Below are positions 26,967-38,062 of a stretch of 64,000 bases of DNA, piece by piece. The translations under genes and the position numbers were made by a program. The stretch's first letter is position 1, and each line of letters begins with the position of its first letter. The notes under the pieces were generated by a model. It was not told the origin of the DNA and did not search any database. It saw nothing but the letters and a program-made list of their open reading frames with translations. This DNA comes from Minisyncoccia bacterium (GTDB taxonomy: Bacteria > Patescibacteriota > Minisyncoccia > UBA6257 > 2-01-FULL-56-20), in assembly GCA_050008535.1 (NCBI GenBank), contig JBEKML010000001.1:66246-130245 (forward strand), given 5' to 3'.

Positions 26967-29565
26967 CTTTGAATTCGCCGCGGATGATCTTGTCCGCCAA
27001 CTTATCAAGGATAACTTTCTGCATCAGCCGTTTCAAGGGCCGCGCGCCGAATTCCGCGCTGAACCCTTCCTTCGCCAGGTACTCGCGGGCCGCGGCATCG
27101 ATCTCCAGCTTTATCGCACGCTCCGCAAGGCGCTTTTCGATAAGTCCTATCTGGATATCCACGATCTTTTGAATATCCTTTTTGTGAAGCGGGCTGAAGA
27201 TAATGATGTCATCAATGCGATTCAGAAATTCGGGCCGGAAATTGCTCTTTAAGGCATCCATCACCTTGTCTTTGTAATCTCTTTCTTCAACGGACGCTTC
27301 CTCCACGCTCGGCGCGCTGAATCCGATGCGGGACATCGCCTTCAGGTATTGGCTGCCGACATTGGACGTCATAATGATGATGGTGTTCTTGAAATTCACC
27401 GTCTTCCCTTTGCTGTCCGTGAGCCGGCCGTTGTCCAGCACTTGGAGAAGTAAATTGAAAACCTCCGGATGCGCTTTTTCTATCTCGTCAAAAAGGATCA
27501 GGCTGTACGGCCGGTGGCGCAGCATCTCCGTGAGCTGGCCGCCCTCCTCGTGGCCGACATAGCCCGGGGGAGAACCGATGAGGCGGGAAGTGGCGTGGCG
27601 TTCCATATATTCCGACATGTCTATGCGCACAAGCGCTTTTTCGTCGTTGAACATGAATTCCGCAAGCGCTTTCGCAAGCTCGGTCTTCCCGACGCCCGTA
27701 GGACCGAGGAACATGAACGAACCTATGGGGCGATTTTCATCCGAAAGTCCGGCCCGCGACCGGCGCAAAGCCGACGCCACGGCGCCGATGGCCTCTTCCT
27801 GCCCCACCACACGCTCGTGCAGTACTTCTTCGATCTTCACGAGCTTCTCCGTATCTGTTTCGAGCATCCGCTTCAGGGGGATGCCGGTCCAGACCGAAAC
27901 CACCGCTGCGACGTCCTCTTTATCTACGGCCTCTTTAAGGAAGTGGTCTTCGTCCGCGCGGGCGCCCGTTTTCCCTTTCTTACTGCTCTTCGCCCCGCCG
28001 AAGTTCTTTTTCTCGAAACTCGCAAAGTCCTTTTCCGCCTGCGGGAGCTCCCCGTACATGATCTGCGCCACGCGCTCCAAATTTCCCTCCCGCTCGGTAA
28101 CCTCCGCTTCGCGCTTCAGATTGTCCACCCTCTGCCGTAGTTGATGCAGTGTTTCAAACTTTATTTTCTCCGAATGCCACTTACTTGAAAGCTCGTCGTT
28201 CTGTTCTTTAAGCTTCGCGAGGAGCTGGTCGATCTCCTTCACGCGCGCAGCCTCCTTCTTTTCTTTGGTGAGCGCCTGCTTCTCCACTTCAAGCCGCGTA
28301 AGCTCGCGGCGAAGTTTATCGATCTCCTTCGGCAGACTTTCCGACTCCAGCCGCCGCGCGGCGGCTGCTTCATCTATCAAATCCACTGCTTTGTCCGGGA
28401 GAAAACGGTCGGTGATATAGCGCGCGGACAAATTGACCGCTTCTATGATCGCTTCGTCGCTGATCCGCATCCCGTGATGGATCTCGTATTTTTCCTTCAG
28501 GCCGCGCAGGATCGCGATAGAATCCTCGATGGACGGCTCTTCCACCATGATCGGCTGGAAGCGCCGTTCAAGCGCCGCATCTTTCTCTATGTATTTCTGA
28601 TATTCGCGGATGGTCGTCGCGCCTATCGCATGAAGCTCGCCGCGCGCGAGTGCGGGCTTCAAGAGATTTGACGCATCGATCGCGCCCTCGGCCGCACCCG
28701 CGCCCACGATCGTATGGATCTCGTCTATAAAAAGAATGATCTGCCCTGCGGCATTCTTGACCTCTTTTATGAACGCCCGCAAGCGGTCCTCAAACTCGCC
28801 CCGGAACTTCGTCCCGGCGATGAGCGACCCCAGGTCAAGCATCAAAACCTGCCTGCCCTTCAGAGGCTCCGGAACGTCCCCCGCTGCTATGCGCTGGGCA
28901 AGACCCTCTACGATCGCGGTTTTGCCTACGCCCGGCTCGCCGATAAGGCACGGATTGTTCTTGGTACGGCGCGACAGGACCTGCATCACGCGGCGCAATT
29001 CCTCCTCGCGCCCGATCACGGGATCCAACTTCCCTTCTTTCGCCCGATCGCTCAAATTGATGGCGTACTTTTCCAAAACCTGGAATTTGCTCTCGGGCGT
29101 TTCGTCCGTCACGCGCATGGAGCCCCGCAACTGCGCCAAGGTCCGGAACGCGGTCTCGCGCCGCACGCCGAATTTTTCCAAAACGCTCTTCGCGCTCCCC
29201 GGGATATCAAGAAGCGCCAAAAGTAAATGCTCGCACGAGACAAATTCGTCCTTTTGCTGCGCCGCGACCTTCGCTGCCTGGTCGAGCACCCGCATGAGTT
29301 CCTGCGAAAGATAAAGCTGCCCGACCGCGGAATTCGTAAGGATGGGCGGAATGCGGCCGAGCTCAAGCTCAATGTGTTCGTCCAATTTTTCAATATTCAC
29401 CCCTGAGCGCTCAAGCACGGGGATCACAAGCGACTGCTCGTCCTCCAAAAGCGCCGCGAGCAAGTGGATCCCCTTCAATTCGCCATGATTCTTCTTCGCG
29501 GCGATCTCCTGGGCGTTCTGTAACGCTTCCTGGGCCTTTATGGTAAATCGGTGAAAGCTTGGCAT
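26911..29565 (-). CDS. clpB: ATP-dependent chaperone ClpB
   Basis: Two AAA modules ([16 protein letters not shown]) with a long middle coiled coil. Confidence 0.95.
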   Translation of the reverse strand: MPSFHRFTIKAQEALQNAQEIAAKKNHGELKGIHLLAALLEDEQSLVIPVLERSGVNIEKLDEHIELELGRIPPILTNSAVGQLYLSQELMRVLDQAAKVAAQQKDEFVSCEHLLLALLDIPGSAKSVLEKFGVRRETAFRTLAQLRGSMRVTDETPESKFQVLEKYAINLSDRAKEGKLDPVIGREEELRRVMQVLSRRTKNNPCLIGEPGVGKTAIVEGLAQRIAAGDVPEPLKGRQVLMLDLGSLIAGTKFRGEFEDRLRAFIKEVKNAAGQIILFIDEIHTIVGAGAAEGAIDASNLLKPALARGELHAIGATTIREYQKYIEKDAALERRFQPIMVEEPSIEDSIAILRGLKEKYEIHHGMRISDEAIIEAVNLSARYITDRFLPDKAVDLIDEAAAARRLESESLPKEIDKLRRELTRLEVEKQALTKEKKEAARVKEIDQLLAKLKEQNDELSSKWHSEKIKFETLHQLRQRVDNLKREAEVTEREGNLERVAQIMYGELPQAEKDFASFEKKNFGGAKSSKKGKTGARADEDHFLKEAVDKEDVAAVVSVWTGIPLKRMLETDTEKLVKIEEVLHERVVGQEEAIGAVASALRRSRAGLSDENRPIGSFMFLGPTGVGKTELAKALAEFMFNDEKALVRIDMSEYMERHATSRLIGSPPGYVGHEEGGQLTEMLRHRPYSLILFDEIEKAHPEVFNLLLQVLDNGRLTDSKGKTVNFKNTIIIMTSNVGSQYLKAMSRIGFSAPSVEEASVEERDYKDKVMDALKSNFRPEFLNRIDDIIIFSPLHKKDIQKIVDIQIGLIEKRLAERAIKLEIDAAAREYLAKEGFSAEFGARPLKRLMQKVILDKLADKIIRGEFKDGGKVKVNFKADSLVFTS

Positions 29566-29662
29566 ATGGTTTTGTTTCCCTTAATTATACCGTTATAGGG
29601 CTATTTTAGTTTCAAAAGGCGCGATTGTCAATCTCCCAAGGAGATTGCCAATGGAGCGTACC

Positions 29663-30952
29663 TTATTGGCCCGCCGGACGCTTTGCAAGTATTGCTTTGA
29701 GTGTGATCTGTTTTCCTCCGCGGTTCACGACAAGCGTTACGGTATCGCCAATGTTGTATCCGGAAATTATGGTAGCGAGATCGTGATTGCTATCAAGCGC
29801 TTGCCCGTTTACCGAGATAATAATATCTTCCGTCTGAAGGCCGGCGGCGGCGGCAGGCGAATTTGGCGAGATGGCTGGTCCTTGATCGTTGCCGCGCACC
29901 AGCACTCCGGAACTCACCGGCAAGTTCTGCTGCTTTGCAATATCCGGAGTAATGGTGAGATAGCGGACGCCGAGGTAGGGCGTTTGGATCTCGCCCGTTG
30001 ATCTCACCGAAGCGATATCGTGTTTCGCGCGATTGATGGGAAGCGCGAAGCCGATATTCTGGGCGTCGGACGCGACCGCAGTGTTGATCCCCACCACCTC
30101 GCCGCGCAAATTGAGGAGCGGACCGCCGGAATTGCCCGGATTGATCGCGGCGTCGGTCTGGATAACTCCCTGAATGGTTTCCTGCCCGCCACTTATAGGC
30201 CCGCTCGCCGTGACCGTTCGTGCAAGGCCGGAGATCACACCCACGGAAACGGTGTTGCTGAACTCGCCGAGCGCGTTCCCGATCGTGATCGCCGTCTGGC
30301 CAAGCGCCAGGCTGTCGGAATCGCCGAGAGCGACCATGGACAACCCTGTCGCGTTGATCTTCACGACCGCAAGGTCCTGATTTGGATCGCGCGCGAGCAC
30401 TGTTGCGTCATATTTTTTCCCGTCGTTCGTGATCACCGTGTAGGAAGCGCCCGTATCGGAGACCACGTGCTTATTGGTGAGAATCAAACCATCGGAAGAA
30501 ATGATGAATCCGCTCCCGCCGCCCACTTCCTGAAGTTTGGTCTTCCCGGTATCGCACGGCTGGGTGAATCCCTGAGCATCGTTCCCGAAAAATTGCTGGA
30601 ACTCCGGCGGAACGTTGCTGAAAGGATTATAAGGACACTGCTCAACGATCGGAACGTTTTTTGAAATAAGGATGGAAACGACCGCCGGCGCTGCTTTCTT
30701 CACGGCACTCACGACCGCCTGTTCGTAATCAATGACCGGCTGGTAAAGCGGGACGGTGGTCGAAGATGGGCGGGCGGTGAATGTACTGGACGGCTGGGGC
30801 TGCACGAAGAGCGGCGAGAAGAGCTTGCCAAAAAAGTCCGTGACCGCGTTCGCCTGCGCCTGCGGTACGCTTGCCGCGACGCCCAAAAACACGCCCGCGA
30901 CGAGCGCCACAGCAATGATGGCAATTATCTTCCTGTTATTGCCGTTATCCAT
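29663..30952 (-). CDS. htrA: HtrA/DegP-family serine protease with PDZ domain
   Basis: TNKHVV, DLA, QTDAAINPGNSGGPL. Confidence 0.93.
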   Translation of the reverse strand: MDNGNNRKIIAIIAVALVAGVFLGVAASVPQAQANAVTDFFGKLFSPLFVQPQPSSTFTARPSSTTVPLYQPVIDYEQAVVSAVKKAAPAVVSILISKNVPIVEQCPYNPFSNVPPEFQQFFGNDAQGFTQPCDTGKTKLQEVGGGSGFIISSDGLILTNKHVVSDTGASYTVITNDGKKYDATVLARDPNQDLAVVKINATGLSMVALGDSDSLALGQTAITIGNALGEFSNTVSVGVISGLARTVTASGPISGGQETIQGVIQTDAAINPGNSGGPLLNLRGEVVGINTAVASDAQNIGFALPINRAKHDIASVRSTGEIQTPYLGVRYLTITPDIAKQQNLPVSSGVLVRGNDQGPAISPNSPAAAAGLQTEDIIISVNGQALDSNHDLATIISGYNIGDTVTLVVNRGGKQITLKAILAKRPAGQ

Positions 30953-30980
30953 AATGTGTACATCTAATAATACGAAATTT

Positions 30981-32183
30981 TTAGAAAAAAGTTTCGCGGC
31001 CCCCTTTCTTAAGGGCGGTTTTTATTGCCTTCAGCGCTTCCTCTATTTCTTCTCCCTTCGTCGGGCGGCCCAAGCTCACGCGGATGCTCGCCTTCGCCCG
31101 TTCCCTTGAATGGCCAAGTGCTTCTATAACGTAAGAAGGTTCAAGCGCCCGCGAACGGCAGGCAGAGCCGGCGGAGACCGCCAGGCCTGCAAGGTCGAAT
31201 TTTACAAGCAAATCCTCCGTGGCACGGTGCGGGAAATACACATTGAGGATGTTCGGTAATTTCCGAGAGGCGTCCCCGGGTCCGTTGATCTCGGCGTCCG
31301 GAGCGATCTTTTTAATTCCAGAAAGGAGCCTGTCGCGCAACGCAGTGATGCGCTTTGATTCTTTTTCCCGCGCAGCAACGCAAAGTTCAACTGCTTTTGC
31401 AAAACCGACGATCGCGGGGACGTTTTCCGTCCCCGAACGCAGGCCGAACTCCTGCCCGCCGCCGGAAATGAGAGCAGCAAGACACCCAGGATCCCGCACG
31501 TATAACGCACCCGTCCCTTTGGGGCCGTATATCTTATGCGAAGAAATAGTCATCAAATCCACGCCGAGCTCGTCCACGTTGCAATCTAGAAACTGGAACG
31601 CCTGGGCAGCATCGGTGTGGGATACTGGAAACTGGCGTTTCCCCCTGAAATCTCTGATTATTTTCGCGATCTCCGAGATCGGCTGAATGGTTCCGATCTC
31701 GTTATTCGCGTATATGATGGAAACGATCGCCGTTCCCGGCGTCAAGCTTTCTTTAATCTTTTTTAAATCTACCACCCCCTCCGCGTTGACGGGAATGCGG
31801 ATCACTCGGGTGCCCTCGCGCTCTAAATCTTTTACCGTCTCAAGGACCGATTCGTGCTCAATCGCAGAAACAATAACCCGCGGCGATGTGCGCCTGTCTT
31901 CTTTGTTTCCTTTGCGTGCCTCACGAAACTTCCGCACCGCGCCGCGCAGTGCAAGATTGTTCACTTCCGTCGCAGAGCCCATAAAAATAATTTGCCGGAA
32001 GTCCGCGCCGAGCGCTTTTGCGATCGTCTCGCGCGAATGGTCCACCGCCGCGATCGCTTCCTGGCCAAAAGTATGCAGCGATCCGGGATTCCCGAACCGC
32101 TCCGAAAAATAAGGGGCCATTGCGCGCAAAACCGCGGGGTCGACCGGCGCCGCAGCGGCATAATCAAAATAAATCTTTTTCAT
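30981..32183 (-). CDS. iscS: Cysteine desulfurase (IscS/NifS group I)
   Basis: SSHKIYGPKG (PLP Lys), RSGTEN, SAGSAC. Confidence 0.92.
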   Translation of the reverse strand: MKKIYFDYAAAAPVDPAVLRAMAPYFSERFGNPGSLHTFGQEAIAAVDHSRETIAKALGADFRQIIFMGSATEVNNLALRGAVRKFREARKGNKEDRRTSPRVIVSAIEHESVLETVKDLEREGTRVIRIPVNAEGVVDLKKIKESLTPGTAIVSIIYANNEIGTIQPISEIAKIIRDFRGKRQFPVSHTDAAQAFQFLDCNVDELGVDLMTISSHKIYGPKGTGALYVRDPGCLAALISGGGQEFGLRSGTENVPAIVGFAKAVELCVAAREKESKRITALRDRLLSGIKKIAPDAEINGPGDASRKLPNILNVYFPHRATEDLLVKFDLAGLAVSAGSACRSRALEPSYVIEALGHSRERAKASIRVSLGRPTKGEEIEEALKAIKTALKKGGRETFF

Positions 32184-32186
32184 GTT

Positions 32187-32507
32187 TTATTGTTCAACAA
32201 GAAAGAGAACGCCTATCACGAAAAAAGGCAAAGAGATCGCCGCGAACGAGGCGATGGCGCCCGCCGTGTGGTAAAAGAACGTGGCGGCGATGCCGAGCGC
32301 AATAAAAATCACCCCTCCCGTTTTTTTATGACGCCACGCGACGGCTGTTGCCCCGATGATCAATAACGACGGAATATTATGGATGATGAACGCCGCCACG
32401 GTCCCCCAGAAACCATATCCCTCGCCAAAAACATCCAAAGAGAAGATCGCCAAAAATAGTGCAAAGAGGATGGCGAGCGTGCGAGGAAGCAAAGAGCGCA
32501 CCTTCAT
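32187..32507 (-). CDS. Small 4-TM membrane protein
   Basis: PR.LAILF...SLDVF...IHNIP. Confidence 0.75.
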   Translation of the reverse strand: MKVRSLLPRTLAILFALFLAIFSLDVFGEGYGFWGTVAAFIIHNIPSLLIIGATAVAWRHKKTGGVIFIALGIAATFFYHTAGAIASFAAISLPFFVIGVLFLVEQ

Positions 32508-32538
32508 GTTGTCATCATAGCAAAACCGTGCTGCGCGA

Positions 32539-33117
32539 TCAGAAGAGCCCTGCGGCCGCAAACTGCTTTGCCAATGCCACTTTTACGATCTCGCCGGTCT
32601 TCTTGTCGGGTATTAAAAAATAATTTTGCTTTTGATAGAGATCGTAGAGCTCTTTGGTAAGCTTCACGTCGTTCAGACAATAGGCCTTGAGCTCTTCGAT
32701 CTTCCCGTCGCGGTAAAGACCGATCGCCTCCGAACCATGATGGTCTTTTTTCACGCCGAGGTTCGCTTCCGCAAGGCGGCTTAAGCTCACGCGCTGCTTT
32801 GCCGCCATTTCTATTTCCTCAAGCAGGTCCACCCGTTCTTTTTCCCAAAGGTTCGGCACGGCGCCGCCGTGCTTTTGGAAATAATTGTTGAGCACTGGCA
32901 CGTCGTAGCGGTTCATGCTGAAGCCGATGATGCGCCGCGCGCCCGAAAAAAGCTCAATAAGCTTACCCATCTCATGTTCTTCGAAAATAAAATATTTGCT
33001 GTACAGGTAGGAATAGACGCCGACGACGGAGATCTTGAGCGCCGCGAAGTTATCCCACCCGACATCCGGATCGGTGAAAAAGTTCTGTGTTTCGATGTCA
33101 AAAACAAGGGTATCCAT
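32539..33117 (-). CDS. RNase H-like 3'-5' exonuclease domain protein (YprB-like)
   Basis: VFDIET, GF....YD, YCLNDV. Confidence 0.85.
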   Translation of the reverse strand: MDTLVFDIETQNFFTDPDVGWDNFAALKISVVGVYSYLYSKYFIFEEHEMGKLIELFSGARRIIGFSMNRYDVPVLNNYFQKHGGAVPNLWEKERVDLLEEIEMAAKQRVSLSRLAEANLGVKKDHHGSEAIGLYRDGKIEELKAYCLNDVKLTKELYDLYQKQNYFLIPDKKTGEIVKVALAKQFAAAGLF

Positions 33118-33149
33118 GTTTATCAAGAATTACGCTCTGCGATGCCGCC

Positions 33150-33629
33150 CTATACGTGCCGGTCGGCGACGTTCGAGGCCGCATAGCTTTCCGGCTTCGT
33201 TTTCGCTTGAAAGTTGCTCGCGCGGATCATCGCGACCACCTCTTGGATCATCGCCTTTGTCGGCCCATTTTCGCCGATGTCCGCATGGATCTCAAAATCA
33301 AATTCAGGGAGGGGGAACTTCTTGAGCTCGCCGAGCACCTTCTCGGCAATTTCAAGCGAGATCAGCACCTCTTTGATTATCCTGTCCCGCAGATTGTGGA
33401 ACTTCCCGAGCTCGAAACGCCGCCAGAAGTACCGCCCGCCGTTCCCCACGCGGTGCACCACGATCGCCGTCACGAAATCCGCTTTCTTGCCCGCCAGAAG
33501 TTCGGAATCGGTACCGATCGTCACCTTATAGTGGCGGGTCGGCATGATCTTCATAAAGTCCACAATTGCGCGGACCACTTCATCCACGGTCATCCGGATA
33601 CCAAGCGAGCTGTTCAGGAAGTCTGGCAT
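33150..33629 (-). CDS. RNase H-like YkuK (DUF458) family protein
   Basis: IGTDS, EIHADIG, KPESYAAS.VAD. Confidence 0.88.
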   Translation of the reverse strand: MPDFLNSSLGIRMTVDEVVRAIVDFMKIMPTRHYKVTIGTDSELLAGKKADFVTAIVVHRVGNGGRYFWRRFELGKFHNLRDRIIKEVLISLEIAEKVLGELKKFPLPEFDFEIHADIGENGPTKAMIQEVVAMIRASNFQAKTKPESYAASNVADRHV

Positions 33630-33705
33630 GTAGCCGCATCATACCTCCGGGCCGGCTGGATTGTCAATGAAACAGGCGAAGCGATTTTCTGATATAATTT
33701 CTTAC

Positions 33706-35157
33706 ATGAAGATAAACCCGTACATATTCAGAGATTACGACATCAGGGGAGTCGTGGATGTCGACCTTGATGCCGAAAAGGTGGAAGCGATCGGAAAATC
33801 GTACGGCACATTCCTCCAGAGGAGGAAGATCAGGCAGGCGGTTGTGGGATGTGATTGCCGTTTGAGTAGTGAAGAATATAGACAGGCATTTGTGAGAGGT
33901 CTTGCTTTAACGGGGGTGGACGTCATTGATCTTGGTCTGGTCATGACGCAAATGGTGTACTTCGCACAATACCGCTTCCAAACGAACGGCGGCGCGATGA
34001 TCACCGCTTCCCATAACCCCTGGAACTATAACGGCTTCAAGCTGGCAACCGGTTATTCGCGGAGCACGGAAGCGGACGAAATCCGGGAAGTCAGAGAGGT
34101 GGTTGAAAAAGAAACGTTTTTCGTGCCGGACGCGGCGGGGACGGTGACCATCCTGCAAGGCGCAGCGCGGGATCAGTTCATTGAAGATTATACGCACGAT
34201 GTCCTAAAACGCGTGACATTAAAGAAAAAATTCAAGGTGGTGGTTGATACAAGCATGGGGACCACCGGGTTGTTCAACCCTAAGATATTCGAGAGGGCGG
34301 GGTGCGAGGTGATCGCCCAAAATACAGAGGTGGACGGGCACTTCCCCCTTGGGACGCCCGACCCGACCGCAACGGCGGTCATGGAACGCGTCCGGGAACG
34401 GGTCATCAAGGAAAAGGCGGATTTCGGCGTCTCGTTCGACGGCGATGGCGACCGTATGGGGATTGTTGATGAAAAAGGCAATCTTTTATGGAACGACGTG
34501 GTGGTCGCCATCTTCGCAAAAGAAATTCTGGAGCGCTTTCCGGGGGGAACGATCGTTTACAACGGGCTTTGTTCGCAGCTCACCACCAAGGTCATCGAGC
34601 AAAACGGGGGCATCCCGGTCATGTGGCGCACGGGGCACGGTTTCATTAAAGCGAAAATCGCCGAACTGCACGCGGTGTTTGGAGGAGAATTATCCGGGCA
34701 TTTCTTTTTCAATGACAATGCGTACGGACACGACGATGGCACGTACGCCGTCCTGCGGGTCTTGGATTATCTCTCAAGCAAGAACGTCTCTTTGAGCCGG
34801 CTCTACGAGGGGTTCCCTAAATACATTTCTTCCCCGGAAATAAAAATCGGATGCCCCGACGATAAAAAAATAAAGGTGGTCAAGGACCTCTCAATAAAGT
34901 TCAAAAGTGATTTTCCGGAAGCGAAGATCACTGATGCGACCGTGATCCCTGGCGACGACGGCACCCGCGCGGATTTCCCGGACGGCATGATGATCTTTCG
35001 TTCTTCCCAAAACGGTCCCTATGTCACCGTAAAATTCGAAGCGCAGGACCAGAAAACCTATGACCAGAGGAAACAATACGTCAAGGCAACGCTTAAAAGT
35101 TACCCGGACATGATTTGGGAAGGCGACCTCCTCGTAAATCTTTCATCACTCGACTAA
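33706..35157 (+). CDS. Phosphomannomutase/phosphoglucomutase
   Basis: FRDYDIRG, TASHNP, DGDGDR, GELSGH. Confidence 0.95.
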   Translation: MKINPYIFRDYDIRGVVDVDLDAEKVEAIGKSYGTFLQRRKIRQAVVGCDCRLSSEEYRQAFVRGLALTGVDVIDLGLVMTQMVYFAQYRFQTNGGAMITASHNPWNYNGFKLATGYSRSTEADEIREVREVVEKETFFVPDAAGTVTILQGAARDQFIEDYTHDVLKRVTLKKKFKVVVDTSMGTTGLFNPKIFERAGCEVIAQNTEVDGHFPLGTPDPTATAVMERVRERVIKEKADFGVSFDGDGDRMGIVDEKGNLLWNDVVVAIFAKEILERFPGGTIVYNGLCSQLTTKVIEQNGGIPVMWRTGHGFIKAKIAELHAVFGGELSGHFFFNDNAYGHDDGTYAVLRVLDYLSSKNVSLSRLYEGFPKYISSPEIKIGCPDDKKIKVVKDLSIKFKSDFPEAKITDATVIPGDDGTRADFPDGMMIFRSSQNGPYVTVKFEAQDQKTYDQRKQYVKATLKSYPDMIWEGDLLVNLSSLD

Positions 35158-35189
35158 CCCGCCCGGCGCGCAGTAAAATACAGTTACCA

Positions 35190-37256
35190 ATGGCCAAAAA
35201 GAACGGGGTGGGCAGCAACGTAGATCTTAGCGAACACCGCCTACACCCGGATACCAAAAAAGGCATCTGGGGCATCGGCTTTATTTGTGTTGCCGTCATT
35301 TTGACGCTCGCAGGATTCGGACAGGCCGGGCCGGCAGGCAATGCGATTTACTGGGGTCTTGATGCCCTCTTTGGCTTGGGCTACTTCATTCTGCCAACCA
35401 CGCTTATCTTTGCCGCGATCGTGCTGCTTGCTTCGGGACGGAAAAGGATCGTGGGCGCCACGCTCATAGGTGCGGCACTTCTTATTTTTTCTTTCCTTGG
35501 GCTCATCGATATTTTCTCGCCCACGCAGGGAGGATGGCTTGGTCTTATTCTCGGCTCGCTCCGCTATCCCTTCGGCAAAATCGCGGCGGCGATCATCGAT
35601 GGGTTTATCTTGATCATTGCGATCCTTGTGACGGCGAATGTCCCGATCAGGATCAAGTGGCCGGAGAAAGCGGCAGGAACAAAGGGGGAAGAAAAACCGC
35701 TTGTGGTAACGGGGACAAAAGAGAAGGGCGGGGCACCCAAAGAGGAGAATGATGAGGGCGAGGAAGGGGCGAGGTCGGTCGTCGTGGAACCAAGGACCGC
35801 TGCAAAAATCGATAAAAAGATCAAAGCGCCGGTCTTTGCGAACTATGTCCCGCCGCCGCTTTCGCTTTTGAAATCAGAAATGGGGAAACCGACGACGGGC
35901 GACCTTCTTGCGAACGCGAACGTCATCAAGCGCACGCTTGAGAGCTTCGGCATTTCGGTGGAGATGGGAGAAATCAACGTGGGCCCCGCGGTCACGCGCT
36001 ATACCCTGAAACCGGCGGAGGGCATGAAGCTTTCGCGGATCACGGCGCTCAATTCCGACCTGGCGCTCTCGCTCGCCGCGCATCCGATCCGCATCGAGGC
36101 GCCGATCCCCGGCAAATCGCTTGTTGGCATCGAAGTGCCGAACAAAGCAGCGGCTCTGGTGCGCCTCGGAAGCCTGATGAACTATCCGGAGTTCCAGCAA
36201 ACGGGGCCGCTCGGCTTCGTCCTTGGGCGCGATGTCTCGGGCGAACCGGTCTTCACGAGCATTGAAAAAATGCCTCACATGCTCGTCGCCGGCGCAACGG
36301 GATCCGGGAAATCCATCCTCGTCCATTCACTTCTTGTTTCCCTCCTCTATAAAAATTCTCCACAGACCCTGAAGCTTATTCTTATCGACCCGAAGCGGGT
36401 GGAACTCTCCGTTTACGAAGGCATCCCGCACCTCGTGAGCCCCGTCATCACCGACAATAAAAAAGCGGTTGGTGTTTTCCGTTGGGCCATTGCGGAAATG
36501 GAACGGCGTTACGAACTTTTGCAAAAAGCCGGCAGCCGCGACATAAAAGGCTACAATGCGGGCCATCGCGACGAAATACTCCCCTACATTTTGATCGTGA
36601 TAGATGAGATGGCGGACCTGATGACTTCCTATGGACGCGACGTGGAGGGCTCCGTCGTGCGCCTCGCGCAAATGGCGCGCGCAACGGGCATCCATCTCCT
36701 TCTCGCAACACAGCGGCCGTCGGTCGAGATCATTACGGGCCTCATCAAAGCGAACATCACGGCCCGCATCGCGCTCCAGGTCGCCTCGCAAATCGACTCG
36801 CGCACGATCCTTGATACGGCGGGCGCGGAGAAATTGCTCGGCAACGGCGACCTTCTTTTTGTCTCTGCGGAACTCTCCAAACCGCGGCGCATCCAAGGAT
36901 CGTTCATCACGGAGGATGAGATCAAAAAAGTCGCGAATTTTATCCGCGACCATAACAAGGGAGAGGTGGCCGAAACCGAAGCGATGGACTTCGCAGGCGG
37001 CATTTCCATCCCGCAAAATCTTGATTCGTTCGGCGAGGACGACGGGGAGGACGACGAGCTCTTTGACGAAGCGCTTGCCACGGTGAAAGAGGCCCAAAAG
37101 GCGTCCGCATCGCTCCTCCAGCGGCGACTGAAGGTCGGCTATGCGCGCGCCGCGCGGCTCCTTGACCTTATGGAAGCCGGCGGGTTCATCGGCCCCGGCG
37201 ACGGCGCGAAGCCGCGCGACGTGAACTTGGAAAAGATAGAAGAGCGACTATCATAA
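35190..37256 (+). CDS. ftsK: DNA translocase FtsK
   Basis: N-terminal TMs, GATGSGKS, DEMADL, gamma domain ASLLQRRLKVGYARAAR. Confidence 0.96.
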   Translation: MAKKNGVGSNVDLSEHRLHPDTKKGIWGIGFICVAVILTLAGFGQAGPAGNAIYWGLDALFGLGYFILPTTLIFAAIVLLASGRKRIVGATLIGAALLIFSFLGLIDIFSPTQGGWLGLILGSLRYPFGKIAAAIIDGFILIIAILVTANVPIRIKWPEKAAGTKGEEKPLVVTGTKEKGGAPKEENDEGEEGARSVVVEPRTAAKIDKKIKAPVFANYVPPPLSLLKSEMGKPTTGDLLANANVIKRTLESFGISVEMGEINVGPAVTRYTLKPAEGMKLSRITALNSDLALSLAAHPIRIEAPIPGKSLVGIEVPNKAAALVRLGSLMNYPEFQQTGPLGFVLGRDVSGEPVFTSIEKMPHMLVAGATGSGKSILVHSLLVSLLYKNSPQTLKLILIDPKRVELSVYEGIPHLVSPVITDNKKAVGVFRWAIAEMERRYELLQKAGSRDIKGYNAGHRDEILPYILIVIDEMADLMTSYGRDVEGSVVRLAQMARATGIHLLLATQRPSVEIITGLIKANITARIALQVASQIDSRTILDTAGAEKLLGNGDLLFVSAELSKPRRIQGSFITEDEIKKVANFIRDHNKGEVAETEAMDFAGGISIPQNLDSFGEDDGEDDELFDEALATVKEAQKASASLLQRRLKVGYARAARLLDLMEAGGFIGPGDGAKPRDVNLEKIEERLS

Positions 37257-37262
37257 ACGACT

Positions 37263-38027
37263 ATGGATAATATAGATAACGGCGAAATGATCTTTGAAGA
37301 ATTTCTCGCGGCGCGGCTGCGGGACAGGGGGATCTCGCTCAAACGATTGTCGGAAACGACCGGCATCGCGCCGGTCCACCTGGAGAACCTGCTCCATGGG
37401 AACTTTGAGAACATGCCTTCCACCCCGTATTTCCACGGCTATCTTGTTCGCATCGGCAAAGTGCTCGATTTCGACGGCGAAGAGTGGTGGGAAAAGATCA
37501 AAAAAGAAAGTTCTGTGAAAAATTCCGGATCGGCGGACAAGCTCCCGCGCAATCGCTTCGTCAAAAAGGAATGGCCGAAATCCGCCTGGGCCATCGGAAT
37601 TATTTCTCTTCTTATTATCATCTACCTTGTGGTCGCTTTCCCGCGCATCTTCGGCAAGCCAAAACTCACCGTCACCTACCCGCCCCAGAACCCCTTTGCA
37701 ACCGCTTCGACCACCCTCACGATCATGGGCACGGTCAATAATGCCGACGCGCTCTACCTTTCAAGCGGCAACGGATCGTCGAGTGAAGAGATCGTGATCG
37801 CGCCCGACGGTTCATGGCAAAAAATAGTGTTCATTTCAGGGACCGAACCGAACACCCTAAATACCTTCGAGCTCACCGCGAAAAAATTCCTCGGCGGCGA
37901 AACCACTATCATAGAACAAATTATCTATGCGCCTCTGCGGGTAAGCTCATCCGCGACCTCCGGCGCCGCATTCCCCACCATTCACATCGCGACGGGAACT
38001 CCGGCCACCGGGACGTATTTTGATTAA
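37263..38027 (+). CDS. RodZ-like HTH membrane protein
   Basis: N-terminal HTH, TM, Ig-like C-terminus; follows ftsK. Confidence 0.7.
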   Translation: MDNIDNGEMIFEEFLAARLRDRGISLKRLSETTGIAPVHLENLLHGNFENMPSTPYFHGYLVRIGKVLDFDGEEWWEKIKKESSVKNSGSADKLPRNRFVKKEWPKSAWAIGIISLLIIIYLVVAFPRIFGKPKLTVTYPPQNPFATASTTLTIMGTVNNADALYLSSGNGSSSEEIVIAPDGSWQKIVFISGTEPNTLNTFELTAKKFLGGETTIIEQIIYAPLRVSSSATSGAAFPTIHIATGTPATGTYFD

Positions 38028-38062
38028 CAACTTTTTAATGCCTTCTTTGGTATAATGAGGGC